In this document: one piece after another, positions 57,081-64,000 of the stretch | How positions within the stretch are numbered: the stretch's first letter is position 1 | Layout: each line of letters starts with the position of its first letter | Assembly: GCA_964612895.1 (NCBI GenBank) | Contig: CAZTFL010000001.1 | Location: 177,469 to 241,468, forward strand | Reading direction: 5' to 3' | Length of the DNA stretch: 64,000 bases | From: Candidatus Woesearchaeota archaeon | GTDB lineage: Archaea > Nanobdellota > Nanobdellia > Pacearchaeales > GW2011-AR1 | Position numbers and translations under genes: made by a program | Notes under the pieces: generated by a model | What the model was told of the DNA's origin: nothing | Databases searched by the model: none | The model's input: only the letters and a program-made list of their open reading frames with translations

Positions 57081-57611
57081 TTGATTATGAGTGAGATTTG
57101 CTATTCAGATAATTGTATAAGTTTTAAAGTTAATTCTTATGATGATTTATTTTCTAAATTTGATCCAAGAGATTTTTTAAAAAGATCTATATCGGAAGAT
57201 TTTATTGAAGAATGTGAAAAAGTTGCAAAAGAAAAAGGAGCTAATGTAGAGTTAAATTTATTCTTAAAAAAGAATAAAAGGAATCTAAATAGCGAAGAGA
57301 AAATAAAAAACAGATTAAAAGAACATTTTAAGCATCACGCAAATATTCATGCTAATGAAATAAAAAATATAAAAAAGAAAGGTATAAAATGGTTTATCAT
57401 TGGAACTATATTTATGTTATTTTCAACGTATATAGGAACATACTCCGGATTTTTATTTAGAATATTAGAGACAACACTTATACCAGCTGGATGGTTTTCT
57501 TTTTGGGAAGGACTTGGAAAAATATTTATTGATGCAAACTACAAAGAAACAAATATAGAATTCAATGAGAAAATGAGCCTAGCAAAAATATCTTTTTTTA
57601 ATCTAAAATAG
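57081..57611 (+). CDS. Hypothetical 2-TM membrane protein
   Basis: ORF with two C-terminal hydrophobic helices. Confidence 0.35.
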   Translation: MIMSEICYSDNCISFKVNSYDDLFSKFDPRDFLKRSISEDFIEECEKVAKEKGANVELNLFLKKNKRNLNSEEKIKNRLKEHFKHHANIHANEIKNIKKKGIKWFIIGTIFMLFSTYIGTYSGFLFRILETTLIPAGWFSFWEGLGKIFIDANYKETNIEFNEKMSLAKISFFNLK

Positions 57612-57615
57612 AATA

Positions 57616-58992
57616 TTAAATTAGAAGTTTTTCCATATATATCTTTTCTTTATCTATTTTATAACCTAATTTCTTATAATATTCACGGACTCCAACGCCA
57701 GAAATAATTTTTATCTTTTTATATCCTTTATTAATAGCAATTTTTTCAGCCTCTAATATCAATTTCTTCCCTAATCCTCGATGTTGCCATTTTTCTAATA
57801 CATTTTCACCAAGAAAAGAAGCTGGCCCATAAACATGTAATTCTCTTATCATAGCAATTTTTTCTTTGTTTTTTTCTAATCTTAATCTTAACAATCCAAA
57901 TAATAAATCATCTTTATTAACAATCTCTAAAAAATATTCCCACCCATTACTTGCTTTATATCTAGTTTTATTAAAAAATAACTGTTCATTTAATTTACGA
58001 TTATCTCTCAGTGCAAAACCTATTTCTCTAAATCTTATTTCTTCAATTTTTATTCCTTTTTTTCTAATATCTTCTTCTATATCTTTTCTTAAGTCAATAT
58101 TAACAATACCTGCAGTTAAATATGCTTGAGGAATTTCTCTCATAATTCTCATAATTCTACAATATCTCGGAGTTAATTCAATCATTTTTTTTATTATTTT
58201 AATAGCAATTTCTTTTGAATACGGAACATACTCACCGCCCCAATACAATTCTTCTAGTTTTGAACCCTTCATTACCTGACAAGGATATATTTTTATTTGA
58301 TCGGGTTTGTACATATGATTCTTGAAGATTTCTTTAAACATCTCAATATCCTTTTTGGGATTACTTCCGGGAATTCCAGGCATTATATGATAACCTATTT
58401 TAAATCCGGCTTTCTTTAACCTTTTTGTTGCGTTTATAACGTCATTTACTGAATGCCCTCTATTAACTTTCCTATAAATATTATCATCTATTGCTTGAAC
58501 TCCTAATTCAACTCTGGTCCCTCCATACTCTAACATTTCTTTTATATCTTTATCTGAACAAATATCTGGCCTAGTTTCAAAACAAATAGCTATACATCTA
58601 AAACTTGATTTCTCATTTATTTTTTTTGCTTCATTTAATGTTTTGGATTTTTTTTCATTTAATGCATCATAACATCCTTTAACAAAATTATAACGAAAAT
58701 CTTTTGGATAAGATAAAAAAGTACCGCCCATTATAATTAATTCAATTTTGTCTGTCGGATGCCTCATACTCTTCAACATTTTTATTCTTGCTTTAACTTG
58801 TTTATAAGAATCATAATCATTAGCTTTCGCTCTTAAAACAGCAGGACTTTCTGGAGTATAACTTTGAGGAGCATTTAATGTTGGACAAAAAAGACAGGAT
58901 CCATGAGGACATGCTCTAGGTGGAACCATAACTGCAACAGGAGCAACTCCAGAAATAGTTCTAGTTGGCTTCTTTATCTCTTTTTTTTTCAT
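57616..58992 (-). CDS. elp3: Elongator Elp3-like radical-SAM/GNAT protein (tRNA wobble-uridine modification)
   Basis: CPHGSCLFC radical-SAM cluster, C-terminal GNAT QHRGLGKKL motif, 458 aa. Confidence 0.8.
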   Translation of the reverse strand: MKKKEIKKPTRTISGVAPVAVMVPPRACPHGSCLFCPTLNAPQSYTPESPAVLRAKANDYDSYKQVKARIKMLKSMRHPTDKIELIIMGGTFLSYPKDFRYNFVKGCYDALNEKKSKTLNEAKKINEKSSFRCIAICFETRPDICSDKDIKEMLEYGGTRVELGVQAIDDNIYRKVNRGHSVNDVINATKRLKKAGFKIGYHIMPGIPGSNPKKDIEMFKEIFKNHMYKPDQIKIYPCQVMKGSKLEELYWGGEYVPYSKEIAIKIIKKMIELTPRYCRIMRIMREIPQAYLTAGIVNIDLRKDIEEDIRKKGIKIEEIRFREIGFALRDNRKLNEQLFFNKTRYKASNGWEYFLEIVNKDDLLFGLLRLRLEKNKEKIAMIRELHVYGPASFLGENVLEKWQHRGLGKKLILEAEKIAINKGYKKIKIISGVGVREYYKKLGYKIDKEKIYMEKLLI

Positions 58993-59022
58993 ATATAAAA
59001 ATAAACAAATAAAGCTTTTAAA

Positions 59023-61386
59023 TTATTCTAATTTCTTTAATTTATACAATAATATTGATATTAATATCACTATAAAAGAAAATAATAATGTAATTAAATA
59101 AAAAGATTTATTCTTTCCGATTACTGCACCTAATCCTAATCCTGTTCTTAATTCATCTTTTGAATTTATTTCTAACACTTTTCTGGATTCATTAGATATA
59201 CCAATACATTCTTTTAATTCAATAGGTCTTTGTGATTTTGATAAATAACATTTATTTTCTAAAAAACAATATCTTGTTTGATTACCATTAATACACTCAG
59301 ACCATTCCGAACAATTCCACATTTCTTTACATGTTGTTCCACCACTAGAAGAACCGCCATAATTAGATGATTTTGGTTTTGAAGTTTCTAAATATGTTAA
59401 AAACTCTGTGAAATGTTTTGTCCAAATTATTATATCATTACCATCATCAAAGAAACACTCTCCATTGACTGCTAAATTTGAATCTGCCCAATTTTGAGAA
59501 TTAACAGAACATAATGTTGATATTTCATTAAAAACACCATCATTTAAAAGGTATGCGACTTTTTTCCCAGATTCACCTGGAAACGTTAATTTAACAGCTT
59601 CTGAAAATAAAAGGCTTCCACCTTCAAACCCAACTTTAATTGCGATACCTTGAGTTCTTGTTTTTCCTTCAATAGAAGGTATACTTACAATTGTAACGAT
59701 TGGTGTAGATATTGTACCATCCCAAGATGTATTAGTACTTTGTATTTTTGTAGCAGGAATATTTACAATAACATTGTTAGCATTGGATGCATTGATTGAT
59801 ATACTCGGAATTTCTCCACTACCATTAGAGAGATTTATCAATGAACTTAAATTGATTTTTGCGTTTTCAATATTTGGTTCTATTTCTATATAAAAACTTT
59901 TATTAGATGAATTTATTAAATAAGTACTATTTATTTCTTCTAATTTATTACTATATTTTGCTGTTACGTTTAAATCTGAAGTAATATTTATTAAAGACGG
60001 AACCCATTCTACAAAAAAATAATTTTCTCTCAATGGATCATCAAAAGATGCATTAGATAAATATTCAACTAATTGTGTTCCTAAAAATGTTCCATTATAA
60101 TCGTAAAAAGACACAAGATATTTATTAATATTATATTGTGCCATTATTGTTGTATTTTTTGAAATATTATCAAATGTTGAGTTCCAACCAATAAAAGTAT
60201 ATCCTATTCTGTTTGGAAGTTCTAATGGCATTGCAGAATTTTCGCCATATAAAACAAATTGTTCTTCAAATAAACTTCCATCATAATCAATAAATTTTAC
60301 ATTATAAATATTTTTTTGGTATACTGCAGAAACTATAATATCATTAATTATATTATCTAAAGAAGAATTCCATCCAACAAAAGTATACCCTTGTCTAAAA
60401 GGAATAAAATTATAATCACCATGAGAATTGTATTTAACATCTTCAATTCTAATTATACTTTCATCCCAATCTTTGTATATTATTTTATTACATTTATCAA
60501 CATTCCCATTAAAAACGCAATAATTAAATGAAGAATCAAAATTTTGAACCACTCCATCTATAAAATGGAATTTATATGTTCTACTAAAATTAATTCCCTT
60601 TTTTGTTTTTCCTATCATTTGGAAATCATAAATATTATTCAAAAAAATATTATACTTTTTAGAAATCGCGCCAATTACACTACTTACTCCAGCCCAATTT
60701 AATGCTAAACCTATAGATTCTTCTTCAATCTCCGATTCTGTTTTTCTTATTCCATTTTCATTATAAACATCTATTTTATTATTTCCTGAAATTATTTCAT
60801 AAGAAGCATTAGATAATATAACATTCATCATACCAGTCTTTAATCCTAATCCTGATGTTCCTGATGCTAAACTTTGGCCTTGTAATTGTTTTGATAATAA
60901 CAAATATAATGTATCTTTTTCTTTATCAAAATAAACTCTTAATCTATTACCACCTCCCGTCTTTGATTGTTCGTTTATTGTAATTTCTAATCCTTTTTTT
61001 GTAGTTAAGGTTTCTTTCCTGTTTGAAAAAGACAAATCAAAATCTATAAATGCTTGAATTATATCAATATTCATTTTTAAATCATTTATTGAAGATACTA
61101 TTTCATCAATTTCTTGTTCATTTATATTTTCTTTGTTTTTAAATTGATTATATATATTTAATAAATTATTTCTTGATAAAATAAAAGAATTCCATGCATC
61201 TTCCCATTCTTGTATATTATATGAATAATATGGACGCTTTATATTATTTGACAATGTTAAATATGATTCTATTTCTGATATATATGAACTTACATCTTGA
61301 GCAATCATAAAATAACTTAAATTTGTCAATAAGAAAACAACAATAATTATTTTCAATAAGAAAAATATACTATATTCTTTTAACAT
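59023..61386 (-). CDS. Large surface protein with three Listeria-Bacteroides (Flg_new) repeats, a Cys-rich module and a C-terminal TM anchor
   Basis: Signal peptide; three GYTF(V/I)GWN...Y repeats; CSEWSECINGNQTRYC module; GLGLGAVIG plus TM plus KLKKLE tail. Confidence 0.6.
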   Translation of the reverse strand: MLKEYSIFFLLKIIIVVFLLTNLSYFMIAQDVSSYISEIESYLTLSNNIKRPYYSYNIQEWEDAWNSFILSRNNLLNIYNQFKNKENINEQEIDEIVSSINDLKMNIDIIQAFIDFDLSFSNRKETLTTKKGLEITINEQSKTGGGNRLRVYFDKEKDTLYLLLSKQLQGQSLASGTSGLGLKTGMMNVILSNASYEIISGNNKIDVYNENGIRKTESEIEEESIGLALNWAGVSSVIGAISKKYNIFLNNIYDFQMIGKTKKGINFSRTYKFHFIDGVVQNFDSSFNYCVFNGNVDKCNKIIYKDWDESIIRIEDVKYNSHGDYNFIPFRQGYTFVGWNSSLDNIINDIIVSAVYQKNIYNVKFIDYDGSLFEEQFVLYGENSAMPLELPNRIGYTFIGWNSTFDNISKNTTIMAQYNINKYLVSFYDYNGTFLGTQLVEYLSNASFDDPLRENYFFVEWVPSLINITSDLNVTAKYSNKLEEINSTYLINSSNKSFYIEIEPNIENAKINLSSLINLSNGSGEIPSISINASNANNVIVNIPATKIQSTNTSWDGTISTPIVTIVSIPSIEGKTRTQGIAIKVGFEGGSLLFSEAVKLTFPGESGKKVAYLLNDGVFNEISTLCSVNSQNWADSNLAVNGECFFDDGNDIIIWTKHFTEFLTYLETSKPKSSNYGGSSSGGTTCKEMWNCSEWSECINGNQTRYCFLENKCYLSKSQRPIELKECIGISNESRKVLEINSKDELRTGLGLGAVIGKNKSFYLITLLFSFIVILISILLYKLKKLE
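59358..59862 (-). repeat. 505-bp block 100% identical to 61860-62364 (in-frame, about 168 aa)
   Basis: Direct base-by-base comparison. Confidence 0.85.
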
Positions 61387-61422
61387 ATAACTATACTACT
61401 AATTAGTGATATATAAATATTA

Positions 61423-63243
61423 TTATTTGTTTTTTATTTTATTATCTTTATTTTTATTATCAATTTTTTTATTATTTTTATTTTTATTATCAATTTCTTT
61501 ATTTGAATTTTCAATTTCTTTATTTTCTTTATTTGAATTTTTAAAATGAACAATAAGTATAATTAATAAAATAATTACTGATAATAATATTATAGTTATC
61601 CATATTAATGGAGCAGCTCCTCCAACAACAGCTCCTAATCCAAGTCCTGCTCTAATCTTATCTAATTCGTCATTTTTTTCTTGATTGTTATTTAATTGAA
61701 TAGATTCAACTAATTTAGGGGATACACATTCTTCAAATTCTATTGGTTTTGCATAATTTGGCATACAAAAATTATTTGGGTAATTACAATCTCTGGTCTT
61801 CTGTCCATTAACACATTCAGACCATTCCGAACAACTCCATGTAGTTACACATACTCCATCATAATTAGATGATTTTGGTTTTGAAGTTTCTAAATATGTT
61901 AAAAACTCTGTGAAATGTTTTGTCCAAATTATTATATCATTACCATCATCAAAGAAACACTCTCCATTGACTGCTAAATTTGAATCTGCCCAATTTTGAG
62001 AATTAACAGAACATAATGTTGATATTTCATTAAAAACACCATCATTTAAAAGGTATGCGACTTTTTTCCCAGATTCACCTGGAAACGTTAATTTAACAGC
62101 TTCTGAAAATAAAAGGCTTCCACCTTCAAACCCAACTTTAATTGCGATACCTTGAGTTCTTGTTTTTCCTTCAATAGAAGGTATACTTACAATTGTAACG
62201 ATTGGTGTAGATATTGTACCATCCCAAGATGTATTAGTACTTTGTATTTTTGTAGCAGGAATATTTACAATAACATTGTTAGCATTGGATGCATTGATTG
62301 ATATACTCGGAATTTCTCCACTACCATTAGAGAGATTTATCAATGAACTTAAATTGATTTTTGCATTAGTGCTATTTGCGGATACATTTATCGTAATTAT
62401 ATCTTCTTTTACTGAATCATCAATTATTATTTCTGGATTATCATCATCAATAATATAATCAACTTCTTCTACTAATTTAACAAATATATTATTACCTTCA
62501 AAAAATACTTTGAAAGACAAGTTATCATAATCAGAATTTTTTATATCTATATTTATTGAATTTTCTTTAAAAATAAATGTAGATGAAAATTCATGAGATT
62601 CAAGATACATATTAACAAAAAATCTATCTTCTAAGAAATCTATATTTATTTTTATATTTCTTTCACAAAAATCTTCGAATCTTACATCAAAATCAAAAGA
62701 TATATTTTCTTCAAAATTTTCTATTTTATCATAAAAATTCGAGGCATCTAATATTTCTATTATATCCTCTTTATTATAACTAACATTTAACCAAGTGCCA
62801 TTAAAATTCACATTTGAAACATTTAAATCTCTAACAATATCAAAAAAAATTGTTTCAGTAAAGAAATTATAAAAATAACTCAAGTTTGAAATATTTTCTT
62901 CATTAAATTTTATATTTTCTATATAATCTGATGGATTTTCAAATATATTATTGTATAAATCTTTAATATTAATTGAAGAAAAATCAATCTCTGATGTTAT
63001 ATTAATTTCTAAATCATCTACATTATACTCAAATTCTTCAACAATTTTTTTTTCTGCATAAGTTATATTTTTTAAAATATCAATAAAGTCATTTGCAACA
63101 TCTCTATTTAATTGATCTTCTATATAATTTTGATATTTTTTTGATAAATCACCACAACTATCTGCACTGGAAAAAGATATGCTTACAACTGAAAAAAACA
63201 ACAAAAACAGAATCACATTAAACTTAAAATTGTTGATCTTCAT
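61423..63243 (-). CDS. Large surface protein paralog with the same C-terminal architecture
   Basis: Signal peptide; shared 168-aa block; CSEWSECVNGQKTRDC module; GLGLGAVVG plus TM plus K/N-repeat tail. Confidence 0.6.
   Translation of the reverse strand: MKINNFKFNVILFLLFFSVVSISFSSADSCGDLSKKYQNYIEDQLNRDVANDFIDILKNITYAEKKIVEEFEYNVDDLEINITSEIDFSSINIKDLYNNIFENPSDYIENIKFNEENISNLSYFYNFFTETIFFDIVRDLNVSNVNFNGTWLNVSYNKEDIIEILDASNFYDKIENFEENISFDFDVRFEDFCERNIKINIDFLEDRFFVNMYLESHEFSSTFIFKENSINIDIKNSDYDNLSFKVFFEGNNIFVKLVEEVDYIIDDDNPEIIIDDSVKEDIITINVSANSTNAKINLSSLINLSNGSGEIPSISINASNANNVIVNIPATKIQSTNTSWDGTISTPIVTIVSIPSIEGKTRTQGIAIKVGFEGGSLLFSEAVKLTFPGESGKKVAYLLNDGVFNEISTLCSVNSQNWADSNLAVNGECFFDDGNDIIIWTKHFTEFLTYLETSKPKSSNYDGVCVTTWSCSEWSECVNGQKTRDCNYPNNFCMPNYAKPIEFEECVSPKLVESIQLNNNQEKNDELDKIRAGLGLGAVVGGAAPLIWITIILLSVIILLIILIVHFKNSNKENKEIENSNKEIDNKNKNNKKIDNKNKDNKIKNK
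61860..62364 (-). repeat. Second copy of the 505-bp identical block
   Basis: Direct comparison. Confidence 0.85.
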
Positions 63244-63353
63244 ATCCTTTTATTAATATTTTGTTGTTTAAATATCTTTTTGATGTACAATAATAGTACT
63301 TAATGTGATAACATATAAAAATAGATGTTCTATTTTATTTTAGAGAGGTAAAA

Positions 63354-64000
63354 ATGTTAGATATAATAGTTCCAATCATTATTGGTTTAATCATTTTCTT
63401 GTTTGGATTAGAAAGTTTTAGTAATGAAATAAAAAAAATAACAAGTGAAAGGTTTATTAAAATATTAAGAAAGGCTGTAAGCAATCGTTTTACAGCAACA
63501 GGAACTGGATTATTTATTACAGCAATTTTACAATCAAGTACAGCAACAACACTTATTACATTAAGCTTAATAAACGCAGGATTCATTTCTTTTGTACAAA
63601 GTTTGGGAATAATTTTTGGTTCAAGTATTGGTTCTACAATTACTGTACAACTTGTAGCATTAAAATTAACTTTTTTTGCTCCAATATTTATTATAATTGG
63701 ATTTTTACTAACTTTTTTTAAAGGAAAATATAAGTATATTGGAAAAGGTATGTTCTATTTTGGATTAATATTCTTTGGATTAACTTTAGTATCTAATTCT
63801 GTTGAACCTCTAAAAAATGATATGATTATCTTAAACTATTTTTCTCAATTATCTAATATATTTATAGCCATTTTTATTGGATTTTTATTTACAGCAATAA
63901 CTCATTCTAGTGCTCTAACAATCGGAATAGTAATTGTTTTATCTAGTGCTGGAATGATAAATTTGAATCAAGGAATTCCAATATTGCTCGGAGCAAATTT
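63354..64000 (+). CDS. Na+/phosphate cotransporter (NptA/PNaS family), 5' part; it runs off the window end
   Basis: ATG at 63354 behind GAGAGGT; QSSTATT signature; continuous hydrophobic reading frame to 64000; not in the ORF track because it has no stop. Confidence 0.6.
   Translation, partial: MLDIIVPIIIGLIIFLFGLESFSNEIKKITSERFIKILRKAVSNRFTATGTGLFITAILQSSTATTLITLSLINAGFISFVQSLGIIFGSSIGSTITVQLVALKLTFFAPIFIIIGFLLTFFKGKYKYIGKGMFYFGLIFFGLTLVSNSVEPLKNDMIILNYFSQLSNIFIAIFIGFLFTAITHSSALTIGIVIVLSSAGMINLNQGIPILLGAN

Noticed and set aside
61423-61560. Short tandem nucleotide repeats considered as a possible CRISPR-like or mini-satellite array
   Set aside because: Units are irregular, lie in frame inside a coding C-terminal tail and have no spacer structure. 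This is coding low-complexity sequence.
59358-62364. The 505-bp identical repeat considered as a mobile element or IS fragment
   Set aside because: Both copies are in frame within paralogous surface-protein genes. They have no terminal inverted repeats and no transposase. Gene conversion is the simpler explanation, though misassembly cannot be excluded from sequence alone.
63335-63586. 83-aa minus-strand ORF
   Set aside because: Antisense to the better-supported Na/Pi cotransporter frame that runs to the window end.

Overview
This is an AT-rich (roughly 25-30% GC by eye) archaeal chromosomal segment, densely coded with about 70 genes on both strands. The gene content fits a DPANN-type (Woese-/Pacearchaeota-like) episymbiont. 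Archaeal hallmarks include r-proteins S19e/L39e/L31e, TFE, Elp3, RNase P Rpp30, TrmY, an archaeal-type PheRS alpha and a form II/III RuBisCO. Bacterial-type imports include UvrA/UvrB, a DEAD-box helicase-CspA pair, class II LysRS, a shortened bacterial-like AlaRS and a SleB-like murein hydrolase. GGAGGT Shine-Dalgarno motifs and TTTATAAA TATA boxes recur upstream of starts. One tRNA (Arg-TCG) is present. No CRISPR array, transposase or integrase was recognised. The housekeeping backbone (aaRSs, NER, r-proteins, UMP kinase, NAD kinase, Dus, P-type ATPase, kor oxidoreductase, Tmk, GTPases) is interrupted by four accessory cell-surface loci. (i) 1-2441: pilin-like genes coupled to a HerA/FtsK-type ATPase. 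(ii) 6668-13373: a membrane/Cys-rich island with tandem paralogs that carry nearly identical promoter-leader regions and terminator hairpins. (iii) 21857-23489: a pilin plus a LamG-lectin pilin adhesin. (iv) 59023-63243: two tandem giant surface proteins sharing a 505-bp 100% identical block. Other notable items are a korA-korB-phosphatase-[FeFe]-hydrogenase-like operon, a stand-alone Cas4-like nuclease, a MutS-domain-V-only ATPase, a SemiSWEET-like mini-transporter and an L31e with long extensions. The most plausible 'undescribed system' candidates are the pilin/HerA-ATPase module and the surface-protein islands, but none can be assigned a function from sequence alone.
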